NCBI GenBank assembly: GCA_053919585.1
Contig: CM132796.1
Reading direction: 5' to 3' (one strand)
Origin: Euprymna scolopes
Lineage: Eukaryota
Length of the DNA: 64,000 nucleotides
Under the pieces are notes generated by a model that was not told the DNA's origin, did no database searches, and saw nothing but the letters and a program-made list of their open reading frames with translations. How positions within the stretch are numbered: the stretch's first letter is position 1; the number at the start of each line of letters is the position of its first letter. The position numbers were made by a program, and so were the translations under genes. Below are positions 13,807 through 25,398 of the stretch, piece after piece.

Positions 13807-14519
13807 ACTAACAAAAGTACCCGTCGTTGATTGGGTTCAAAAACAGCCTACAGAAAGTGGACTCTCATTTATGAAAGTATGATAGGTTATGAAAAGGAAG
13901 GGTTGTAAAGAGATAGCTTCGAATTTGGGGGTATCAAAACCAAAGCAAAATATGATGAAAGTAAAAATAAAATAGCTAAACCCCATAATTTATTATACCA
14001 TACCTGTTCACACTGAAACACTTATCACAATATTCTGTGGATCTATATTAAAAAAAACTTGTTTAACTGTGTGGCATATTTACATTCTATAGAGGTCAGG
14101 TGCGAACGAACACCCCATATTTTATTATACCATATTTCTTAAAACTGAAACATAATTATCACAGTATACTTATGCAGATAGATATGAAAAGTCTTTATTA
14201 AAGATTGTGCATATTTCCATTCTATTTTATTATACCATCGCTATTTAAGCGAAAACATACTTATCAAAGTATTTTTGTGTACATCTATATCAAAAACACT
14301 TGTAAACGTTTTTTTTTAATTTTTAATATTTTTATTTCCATACTTTGTGGACCAGGCGCGAACGCAGACCCCACAATTTTAATGAACCACCGTTCTGCCA
14401 GATCAAAAATACCCATTCCTTTGTCTCGATACATCTTCTATCATAATATGTAATCAGTTTTTTAGTATAGTCAACCCTATAGGAACCTCTTCGTGACCAG
14501 ACACACACACATTCAGCTT

Positions 14520-14530
<11 letters not shown>
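13807..14530 (+). mobile_element. HINE/DINE-1-like Helentron-associated non-autonomous element
   Basis: 5' ACTA..ACCCGTCGTTGATTGGG hairpin head (same head at 35704-35775), internal subrepeats, 3' (CA)n-cattcagctttatatta, inserted in (TA)n. Confidence 0.65.
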
Positions 14531-14587
<57 letters not shown>

Positions 14588-14642
14588 CACAGTTTAACCC
14601 AGCTTTGCTTGGGCCCTCTGTACTGTTCATGGCTTTATGTAC

Positions 14643-14700
<58 letters not shown>

Positions 14701-14791
14701 AGAAATATGGAAATAGTATTCCGACACAATTGAGAAATAAAAAGGAACAAACCGTATTATGTGTTCATCAACGTTACGGTTTGTTCCTTTA

Positions 14792-14842
<51 letters not shown>

Positions 14843-15072
14843 TTTGTACTCATGTTCAGATAACCTATATCTAAAATTTCAAGTGTTTAGACCCAAAATA
14901 AACGGGGGGTTTGATAGAGTCTGAAAAGGTCAACGCTTCCAAATTTGAACTCTTGGCATCCACATTCTCGCTCAAAACCCTATTAAAAAGCTTGGTGCAC
15001 GTCTGAATACCTTTATGTAAATGTTCAAATGTTTCGACTTCAATTTTGATGAATGCTTTACTGGAGACCACA

Positions 15073-16013
15073 ATATATACAAAAGCGAAAATGTATGCAT
15101 GCATGTATGTATGTATGTATGTATGTATGTGTGTATGTTTGTGTGTCTGCTAAAAACTTTCGACAGCCAGAACAAAAATTTACCAATTTGGTCTCATATG
15201 AAAGCCTCATCCTTTGCCCGACAAAAATTGGCCAAAAACGTTAATTTTTTCACCCTGAAATTAGCACTTTTCTACAGGGGAAGGAGGGTCAGCAAAAACC
15301 GTCCTCTCATGACGAAATCGGTTCTGCGCATACGTCAGACCACGTCACCTTATTGAGTTTAAATATTTTAAGAACTGACACAATTTCATGTACATCGTGT
15401 TAGCTCAGTTGGTTAGAGCGTTGTGTCATTATCTAAATGTTTTGGGTTCGAATCGTGGTGTGAGATGTCTTCTTTTTTCGCTTTTTTTAAAATTTGAATA
15501 TTGAAGCAGGGTTATTTCTGTTTTTTTTTACTTCGCTAATTCTTAGCTTTTCATTAACAACCCCACCCCGACCGACCACACACACCCAAAACACCGGGGT
15601 ACTCCCCGATTTTTTTAAATTTTAATATTGAAACAGACTTATTTAAGCCATTTGTCACGTGTTTTATTTTTTTTTGGTTTTTATTTTTCATATTTTTTAA
15701 AGAAGTTTTAACGTTAGTTTTTCTATTTTCTTTTTGTTAGTTACGTTAGTTTTTTGTCTGTTTTTTTTCGATTTTTTAAAGTTGTAACTTTTAAAAATAT
15801 TTACTTCGCGTATTCTTATGTATTGATTACCCCCCCATACCGCCCGGGTACCCCTCGTTTTATTTTTCACATGAGTTTTAACGTTCGTTTTTCTGTTTTC
15901 ATTTTTTGTTTTTTTTACTTCGCTTATTCTTATGTTTTGATTAACACCCCCTACCCGCGTCCGACCACACACACCTCCAAACACTCGGGCAACGCCGGGT
16001 AACCCCCGATAGT
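15073..16013 (-). mobile_element. HINE-like element, same family as 35776-36344
   Basis: Minus strand begins ACTATCGGGGGTTACCCGGCGTTGCCCGAG and ends gcagac..(catac)n attttcgctttt.tatata, as at 35776-36344. Confidence 0.7.
15397..15466 (+). pseudogene. tRNA-derived sequence (Ile-like) embedded antisense in the HINE
   Basis: A-box TAGCTCAGTTGG followed by TTAGAGCG, and B-box GGGTTCGAATC. Anticodon arm and acceptor stem are decayed, so this is not a functional tRNA. Confidence 0.65.
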
Positions 16014-16800
16014 ATATATATAAAAGTGAACGTGTCTGTTTGTGTGTGTGTCTGTGTACATTTCCCTACGCAATAATTCTGTCAATTTTCAGTCTACAGA
16101 GTCGAAATTTGATATACAGTGTACTGAGAAAAATCGATGTGATCGGTTTTCCGCCAGAAATTTGGCTGTTAAGGGGTCAAAGTTCAACGATTTGATCTTT
16201 GAGAACTCTACCAAACTCCTGCGACAATTTTGGGTCTAAACACTTGAAATTGTAGATAAAGGTTCTTTGGACATAGATCTCGCTTAAGAATTATATTTGA
16301 GCCCCCAAAAAATGAATTTTAAAGGGTCACAATAGGGGTAAAAATTAAAACAATTGACCGTTTTTTTTGTTTTGTTTTTTGTTTTGCTCAGTATACACCT
16401 CCAGACACCCGGAAACGCTGAGCACCCATATCTCTAAAAGTGAACGTGTCTGTTTGTCTATCTGTGTGTCTATCTGTGTACATTTTCCTACGCAATAATT
16501 TTTCAGTCTACAGACTCGAAATTTGATATACAGTGTACTGAGAGAAATCTATGTGATCGGTTGTCGGCCAGAAATTTGGCTGTTAAGGGGTCAAAGTTCA
16601 ACAATTTGACCTTTGAGAACTCTACCAAACTCCTGCGACAATTTTGGGTCTAAACACTTGAAATTGTAGATAAAGGTTCCTTGGACATGGATCTAACTTA
16701 ATAACTTGATGTGATCCCAAAACAATAAAGGTTAAGGGGGCATAATAGGGGTCAAAGTTAAAAGAATTGACCATTTTTTTTTGCTCATTTTTAATTATTT
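16014..16800 (-). mobile_element. Two head-to-tail HINE-like units of the 'ttgacccc/aaaatttcaa' subrepeat family
   Basis: 16020-16350 is duplicated at 16435-16780. Related copies lie at 14860-15070, 29116-29890, 36515-37290 and 62250-62706. Confidence 0.65.
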
Positions 16801-16984
16801 CTTTTTCTACCAGCGTTTGTTTAATTTTCTATTTGAAGCAGTTATCAATGGTCATTATTGAGCAGATATTTTTAAAATTCTGACTCAAAGAGAAGACACT
16901 AAGTTTGCTCTGAATAAGACACCTTAAAAAGGTTTAAACACAAATACATTCATTCGGGTATGTAAAATAGTTTTTCCTTTGGTA

Positions 16985-19900
16985 ACAATAAATAACTCAA
17001 TCACAGAGTCAAGACACGGAAAACGCAACCATATATTTATTTAAAACAATGCTTTGGTTTTAACGCCGTTTATCTTATTACAAAAAAATAGAAAGAAAAC
17101 ACGTATTATCAAAGAAAGCAAATATTTTATTCATAAGAATTAATTTAGTTTAAACAATTGTTGCAACACACAAGATTTATTTTCGGAACAGAAAAATATT
17201 TGAAAACGAAAAAATTGTATAGAAATGTATCAATATATAATTGTAAAAACATTTATTGAACGATCTGTGTAAGAAAATATAATTTTAATTAAACAATTTT
17301 GTAATGAAAACAAAATTGGATTTTTATAAAGTAAAACAGTTTTTATTTCTTTGAAATAAAAACTGTTTAAATGAAAGCTTTTTTTAATTAAAGCAACTTT
17401 GAAGGGTCAACAACAAATTTAAAATTTACATTTTTTTGCACACATAAGCGACATTTTGCGAAAGTTTAGTGAAACGGAACAAGAAAAGATGGCCGCTCTC
17501 CGCATATTGCAAAAGTGCCTTTTGTTGTTTCTTGAACACAAAAGGTGTTAAAACTAAATTAATTTTTCTAAATTGTTTTATTATTTGGTAATACAAGAAG
17601 TGTTTTCGTTTGTTTCGTAATAACACAAGAAATGTTAAAAACTAAAGTAATTTTTTTATTAAATATATGGTTTCGTTTTTCGTGTATTCCGTTTGGTTTC
17701 GTTACATAATCACCCGTATACCCTTAGCTTAATTTTTTTCCGAGCAGTGAACTTGGACATTACCTAAAAATATACAAATTATTTTTATATAAAATGATTT
17801 TTAAAAAGAACAATAAACAAGTAAGAATATTTTTAAAAAATATTATGGGGTGTGTATTCTCTTTTAAAAATAATATCTCCTTCAATAACGGTCATAAAAT
17901 GTGTTTCCAATATATATTTATTCAATAGTGGACCAGTTTTCCTACCTAGCGAAAATGGATAAGTTTTCTGGGTACACGTTTTCCGGATACGAGTTTTCCG
18001 GATACGAGTTTTCCGAGTGAATGTAGGAAAACTCGTCCCCGGAAAACACGTATCCGGAAAACCCGTACCCGGAAAACTTGTACCTGAAAACTCACACCCG
18101 GAAAGCTCATCCCTTTTTGTTAGGTAGGAAAACTAGTCCCCTATTGAATAAATATTGATTGAAAACACATTTTATGACCGTTCCTGAAGAAGATATTGTC
18201 TTTAAAAGAGCATACACATCCCATAATATTAAAAAAAATATTTTTACTTGTTTACTGTTGTTTCAAAACAATTAAATTGATTTTTCTAAGTGGTTGTTTT
18301 CTACCTAGCTTTGAAAGATTTTTAATGGTTCAGCTTATTTTAAAGAGCTTATTTAATCCGAAAAAAAAATCATGTAATGTCGAGTGATACTATTGAACAA
18401 AAAATGTCACACATGAGATAATCACGTCTTAGGAATCTCAATAATCGCTCAAAATAGAAAATTCAAGAAAATACTTAGGTACACATAGTTTTAAAACAAA
18501 GAAAATAAATGTTTATATTATTAGGTAACGTCCAAGATCACTGCTTGCAAAGAAATATAAGCTACCGGAAGTGGATACGGTTGATTTTGTAACGAAACAG
18601 AACACACCGAAAAACGAAATCATATATTTATAAACAAAATTACTTTAGTTTTTAACATTTCTTGTGTTATTACGAAACAAACATAAAAAACGAAAACATT
18701 GTAGTAGTATCAAATAATAAAACAAATATTTTATTTAGAAAAATTGGTACTTCATGTGAACGTGGACCCTACTTTTATTTAATGATTGCTCCCTCAAAAG
18801 GTTTTCTATAGTTTATTTAATCATTTGAATATGTATGAAAAGATAATTTAACAAAAATAATATTTAGTGTAGTAAATAATAAAAAAAATAAAATGAAATA
18901 AAAATAAAATAAAAACACGCAGGAAATAAAAGTATGAATCAAATTTTCCCAAAGAAAAAAAATAAGTAAAATAAATACACACACGATTAAACATAAATCT
19001 GAAATATATATGAAGAAAGTGAAAAAGAACGCTCTGAGGGAGCAATCATTAAATAAAAAAAAAACGTTTACGCAGGGTCCACGTTCCCCCGTGACGTACC
19101 GAAAAATTAATTTAGTTTTAACACTGTTTCTGTTCACGAAACAACAAAAACATTTGTGCAGTATGAAGACGGCGGCCATCATTTCTTGGCACATTTCCAA
19201 AACTGTCGTCAAGTGGCGCTCTCGGTCAAAAACATTTAAATGATTGATTTGTTGTTGGCCCTTCAAAGTCGATTTAATTAAAAAAATGTTTCATTTAAAT
19301 TATTTATTTGTTAGAAAAAAAGAAGCTATTTTACTTTATAAAAATCCAATGTTGTTTTTATTAAAAGTTGTTTAATTAAAATTATATTTTCTCATGCAGA
19401 CCTTTAAATAAATGATTTTACAATTATATATTGATAAATTTTTATACAATAAATGTTTTGGTTTTCAAATATTTTTGCGTTCGAAAAAAAATCTTATTTG
19501 TTATTTGTTTGCCGCAGTATTTGACCAAGCAGAAATTGGAGTTATCGTCCCCTAACAATAACCGCCGTCTGCATATTGCGCAAGTGCCCCCGAAATGACT
19601 TTTAAACGATACCATCCCCTCCCTATGGATAAAATGACCTTCTAAATAAGAACGTTATTATTTTAGCGCGGTACCAAAAATACATAAGTACCCTGTTTTT
19701 TTTGTTGTTTCGTAATAACGCAGGGATTGTTTACACTAAATTAATTCTTCTAAATAAAATAATTGCTTTATTTGATAATACGTAAGTGTTTTCTTTCTTT
19801 TATCTTTGTTTTATAATAACACAAAAGTGTTAAAACTAAAGTATTTTTTGAAATGAATATATGGTTTCGTTTTTCGTGTCTTGACTCCGTAATCAAGTTC

Positions 19901-20110
19901 ACTTTTTTAAAACAATGGTAAAAATAATTGTTTTAAGATTGCGTAGTCGCCTTTACAAACAATATCTTCATCAAGATCGGCCATACAATGTGTTTTCAAT
20001 CGATATTTATTCAATAAGGGACCAGTTTTACTACCTAGCAAAAAGGGACTAGTTTTCCTGGTGTCGGTTTTCCGGGTACCAGTTTTCAGAGGACGAGTTT
20101 TCCGAGCACT
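16985..20110. mobile_element. Foldback DNA-transposon-like element (18025-20110, long TIRs with 15-bp GGAAAACNNGTNCCC terminal repeats) plus an adjacent inverted partial copy (16985-18015)
   Basis: 18026-18250 is the reverse complement of 19920-20105 and of 17820-18015. 16990-17760 is the reverse complement of blocks in 18515-19900. Confidence 0.7.
18746..19100. mobile_element. Merlin-type MITE
   Basis: GGTAC..GTACC termini (Merlin GGNRM pattern), ~50-bp imperfect TIRs, and an 8-bp TSD GAAAAATT at 18738-18745 and 19101-19108. The paralogous copy near 17560 has an empty site. Confidence 0.8.
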
Positions 20111-20459
20111 TTCCATGTATGCTTTTTTTTTTCCTAAATTCGAGATTTTCATCTATATTTTTCCTTTGCTTTAAAAGAATAGTGCGATAAAATTATTTCA
20201 GAAGAAGCCGAGGTCAGATGGCAATGTACAGCTGACGCCAGCGAAATTTAAAAAAGCCTACCCAGAGCAATTAACACCTTTCAAGTGAACTTTCTTGGGT
20301 GGGGACCTATAGACATTTCATGAATAGCTGCGAGAATTTTATAAAGAAAGTAAGCAAGTTTCTAATAAAAAAAAACTATTTGTAATGCTTTCATTTTTAT
20401 TCTCAAAAAAGAAAAAAATTAAAAGAATCGATTTGAAATTGGGCTATAATTTTTCCAAT

Positions 20460-20527
20460 TTCGATACCGATATTCAAAAAAGTTCCGGTTTTGCGATTCC
20501 CGATTCCGATTAATCGTCCCAACACTA
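20460..20527. mobile_element. Isolated terminus of a hAT-like MITE
   Basis: Reverse complement TAGTGTTGGGACGATTAATCGGAATCGG with repeated CGAT motifs; the partner end was not found. Confidence 0.35.
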
Positions 20528-20928
20528 ATATATATATATATATATATATATATACTGGTAGCCAAATTAAATATTAAAATGCTTATATATTTGGTTCCAT
20601 GAGACGAAACTACATTAAAATTTTCAGGCTTTTTGAAGATTATATTACTATTCCATACTTAAAATTTTATGACAATAAGTAAAAGAGACCATATATTTTC
20701 AATCCAATGAAATATGCTCAAATTCGTCTACATTTGTATATATAGTATTCTGCAGGCCAGCTTCAGTTTTTCTGCTTCGGTTGTTTCCACTGTGGCCTTG
20801 CTAGGCCAATTTATCTATCTATCTACCGATATATATATATATATATATAATTTTTGGTAAAGTACAAAAATATGTACACGGCAATTATGTAGGGAATAAA
20901 TATTGTAAATGATTAAAATTATATAAAA

Positions 20929-21787
20929 ACTAGAATACCCGTGACCCGTTCAGTTAGTATGGTATATTAGCTATGGAATTAATGTATGAGCGTGACACTT
21001 GTGACGTAAAGAAAATAGTTGTTTTTTGTGACATAACAGAAACATTTCTGTGAAAGTATATTAAAATGAAAAAAGAATATAGATAGATTTCTATGAGTCG
21101 TTCTGTTTATTATAATTGATTATTTTTGGAAAAACTTACAGCCATTGAATTATAAGTGGTTTGACATACTTATATGTAAATGTGCACTGAATAGATACCA
21201 TAATTATTTAAGTTAAATTCAAATTTTGATATATATTTTAATGTAAACGCGAAAAAAAAAACAATTGGGACACCGAGAACGTACGCAGTAAAACAACATA
21301 TTTTATTGTCGCGTTGATTATTTATTTGTAAGGCAAATAAAAAAAACATATTTTCGGGGTTATTTATTTATGTTGGTAGTGTAGAAGAAAACATATTAAT
21401 GTTTTTTTAAAAAAATTGCATCAAAAATGGAGAATAAATTTTAAAAAATGAAGGCGGTTGGAAAATCGTCGTTGTAAAATGCTCTTATGGTTGTCATTGG
21501 GTTAAAGTAGATTTATTTATAAGAAAATTGCGTTAAAATAACTCAAGCGTAATACGGAATTGAACGATGTAAAATATGCACACAGTATTAACACTTGTTT
21601 ATTTGGATAATTTAAAGGCGAAAAAAAACACACAATTAGGACGGTGAAAACGTACACAGTAAAACAATACGTTTTATTGTCCCGTTGATTATTTGTTTAT
21701 GTACGCATGCGCAACCGAAAGTCGTAAACTGGATGTTGGGTTACAACATCCGTTACAATGTCATTTGAGATTTATAATTATATAGAT
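20929..21787 (+). mobile_element. HINE-like element with an internal ~85 bp direct repeat
   Basis: ACTAGAATACCCGTG head and ..gagatttataattatatagat tail; internal repeat at 21249-21330 and 21618-21700. Confidence 0.5.
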
Positions 21788-23192
21788 TAGCCTCTAGGGG
21801 ATGATATCATTGTGCATAAATCACACGCAGCTTTAATTTAGATATAGTATTTCCATGTTTGTTTTCTCCCTGGTAATTCACATATTTTTATGGTTAATTT
21901 GGAGAAATAAAACAAATAACAAACAGCAAATGTCAGTTTATTAACATCTTTATGAAAAGTGTATTTACTTTTGTTTAAATATTGCACCGACCCAAATTTT
22001 ATAACTTAATAAAGACTAATATCTTTACTTCTTCAATCCAGCAGACAATGTTCTTTTTTTCTTCCAGTTTCTTTCCGGGGATATCTTTCTTCGTGGAGGA
22101 GCCACTGTTCTCCAGAAAGTACAGGAGTATATTTTAAGACCATTGCTACAATAATTATATATTTTAATATAATGATAGCCGAAATGAGGCTATATAATAA
22201 AGGCGGTTTTTTTTTTCATTTTTGTCTACAGTTGTTTGATTGGCATTTTAAATGTCATATTTCGCGAAATAAACTAAAAATCGTTCACATTCATAGAATA
22301 AAGCCGTTGATTAAAGGTTATTCTTCGTGTTATTCCATATTATAAGGGGATTTCCTTTTCATGTTTATTATAAGGGGATTTCCCGTTAATCTATATTATG
22401 AGGGGATTTCCTTTTAATTTTTGTACATGTATGCGTGCATTATCATTCTGTGATGCTTTTTTGATAATAGTTTTCATAAAAAAGTGCTATGGTTTTAATA
22501 TCGAATATTTATTAAATTAAATTATACACATCGTTAAGAGATTTTTATTTTCGAAAAACCAGCCATTTCTTTGCAATTTTAGTCGTCGAACGATATTTAT
22601 AATAAAGTAGCTGAACCTGTTGAAATTCCAAAACAGCATATTTCATTTGTCATACATTGCTGCTGGGAATTCTGTGTACGATTAGCGTATAGTATTGTAA
22701 CCATTTTGTTTCAAACTGTAAAAATACTTATCAAAATAATCTGATTAACAGAATGCCAGAATATATCTCGTTATTAGTGTTTATCTCCAATATCCTTATA
22801 GAAATCTGTGACATATTTACATTGCACAGATGTTCAACGCGAACAGAAATCCCAATATATCTTTATACAATCTTTAAACAGAACAGGTACTACCCTTGGA
22901 TCCTAGCCAGAAGTCCTAGAAGGTATGTTTTTATTTTCACGTACAACTCAAACATGACATTCTTTATTTTATTTTTTTTCATTGCGTCTTTGGTGATAGG
23001 TATATCCTATTTATTAAAAAAGATTACATAAGCGATACTGTGGTATTTTTGTTCACTACCTGAGTGCTTTAAAGGGAGAGGTTATCTGCCCTTTGTTTAT
23101 ATTCTCGTCGCAACCACAGTATCACTTATAAAAATATAAATAAATAAACGATCTTACATCTAAAAGCGATAAAAACCGTGCATAGAATTGTT

Positions 23193-23312
23193 GAGATCTC
23201 GTAGTCCGGTGTTAAGACGTCAGGCTACGCATCGAGCGGTGGTGAGTTCGAGTCGCAATAAGTTGAGCTATACTGACGAAAAGTGAAACTTCAAAACGTG
23301 TCGTGTCTATAG
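23193..23312 (+). mobile_element. tRNA-headed SINE-like unit ending in a degenerate type I hammerhead
   Basis: A-box-like GTAGTCCGGTGTTAAGAC and B-box GAGTTCGAGTC (23244), then CTATA-CTGACGA-aAAG TGAAA CTTC-aAAA-CGTGTCGT-GTC-TATAG. Confidence 0.6.
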
Positions 23313-23347
23313 ATAACTTAATTTCATGAACGTAGAAAATATTTAAA

Positions 23348-23396
<49 letters not shown>

Positions 23397-23402
<6 letters not shown>

Positions 23403-23827
23403 CAACTAAGTTGACACGCCGATTCTCGCCAGATCCTCGAAAAAAAGCAACGATGAGGCTTGCCAGTACCAGATTATTGTCCGTTTACGAAGGCTAGGAG
23501 CTGTATGTAACCATGGCTCTACAATTTGGATCACCTTTGTCGCCGACGCTGTTAAAACAGCAGGGCTTGCCTTTTTCCTGTTGTTCTTGGCCTTCGGGCC
23601 GGGATCAAAGTGTAGTATCTGTACTGCAGATGTTGCACTTAAGATAATTTGTACCAGTCAATGGAGGGGACACCCTCTATACTGGGACAATTATTAATTT
23701 TGGTAACCAGAGTGCCTCGTTTTTGCCTACTTTTAGGGGAGCTAATTTTTATCCCACATTAAAAACGGCCTTGTGCCTAATTTGCTTTGGTGGGGAATCA
23801 AATAAATACATTAAAACAGCAGGGCTG

Positions 23828-23831
<4 letters not shown>
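23397..23831 (+). mobile_element. Second 5S rRNA-headed SINE with a different body, interrupted by a 243-bp insertion
   Basis: 23410-23510 matches the 5S-like head of 7106-7348 (gttgacac.ccg...tcgccagatc..cgaa..gaaggctagg...tgtatgta). Confidence 0.72.
23568..23810 (+). other. Retroposed structured sequence with a 16-bp TSD
   Basis: TTAAAACAGCAGGGCT at 23552-23567 and 23811-23826; three consecutive hairpins; A-rich end AAATAAATACA. Confidence 0.7.
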
Positions 23832-23881
<50 letters not shown>

Positions 23882-24300
23882 GCAGTGAACCATATTCGGA
23901 TGTCATAAAATAAATAAGTCGATTAAAAAAAAAAAAACGATATGTAATAAACCCCCCAAAATGTGAACCATATTCGAATGTTATAAAATAAATAAGTCGA
24001 TTAAAAAAAATGAATCACGAATAATAATAAAACCCGGGGCGCTTTTCGTCAGACAGACTTTTCAATGATATACATCTGAAAGAAGGAAAAGAAACGTTTT
24101 TGTTTTTTTATGATATATATTTTCATATATATTNNNNNNNNNNNNNNNNNNNNNNNNNNNNNNNNNNNNNNNNNNNNNNNNNNNNNNNNNNNNNNNNNNN
24201 NNNNNNNNNNNNNNNNNNNNNNNNNNNNNNNNNNNNNNNNNNNNNNNNNNNNNNNNNNNNNNNNNNNNNNNNAATATATATTTTCATATATATTATATAT

Positions 24301-25334
24301 TACTATCGGGAGGGGGGCGTCCGTCTTTGCACGGTCGTAAATTACGCGTATATATTATATTTTTATTTATCCAGTTTTCTTATATGTATTATAATCGAGT
24401 CGTAATTTCAAAAGTAAAATTAAAAGTAGTTGGGTGTCCTCTGCTAGAATCAAAACCGAAAGCAAAACTTTAGCAATCAAAGCGAGTGAAGTTACCACAG
24501 TCCCAACAGGACAGACATATGAATTGATTCAAAATAAACAAAGTTGAATGTACAAGATCTGTAAGAACATTTTCAATTTTGATCCTTTCTTTATGCCTTA
24601 AAACTATTTTAACCGGCTTAAGACCGATAAAAGTATGGCCCATAAAAAAGTCTAACATTTTAGACCCCTATTGTGTGACTTTTACTTTCGGAAATAATCG
24701 AGTTTGTAAAATATGGAAATAGACAGTCAGGCATAGTGCGTTTTATGAATTAGACTTTGTCCGGGCGTAAAATATGCTAAAATATGATATTTTCATGTGT
24801 CCAGATTTCATATATATTATTAGAGAGTCGTGATTTCAAAAGTTAAAAAAAAAATAAATAAATGGGTGCTATAAGCTAGAATAGAAACCGAATTGAAGTA
24901 TTCAAAGCTGGGAACGTTACTACTGTACCACGCATATCAACTGGAAAAAAATTAGTAATTAATATAAACTAAGTTAAATGTACAAAATGTGTAATGATTT
25001 CTTCAATTTTTGACCCTTTTTTGACGTCTTAAAAACTAGTTAACCAGCTAACGACACATAAAAGAACGGCCCTAAAAAATACACGTTTTAGTATCGGAGG
25101 TGAAAGAGTTTGAAAATATTAAGAAAGACAGACGAACATACAGCTTTTTATATATTAGATAATAATAGGATTAGTGTATCAATCCAATGGAAAATCAGAA
25201 GGGATACCTAAAACATCTGTGAGTTTATCATTACCGTGTCCATTACGAAGACATACATTAAATCCACAAATGCATTTGAAAATGTCTGCTTTGTGTAACG
25301 TAAAAAAGTATTCTGAAATACTCTCTTTTAAAGA

Positions 25335-25398
<64 letters not shown>

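Noticed and set aside
15397-15466. Functional tRNA gene
   Set aside because: Acceptor and anticodon stems do not pair, and the sequence lies within an interspersed repeat.
17975-18110. 15-bp repeat arrays considered as CRISPR-like
   Set aside because: Contiguous tandem units without spacers, at transposon termini, in a eukaryotic context with no cas genes.
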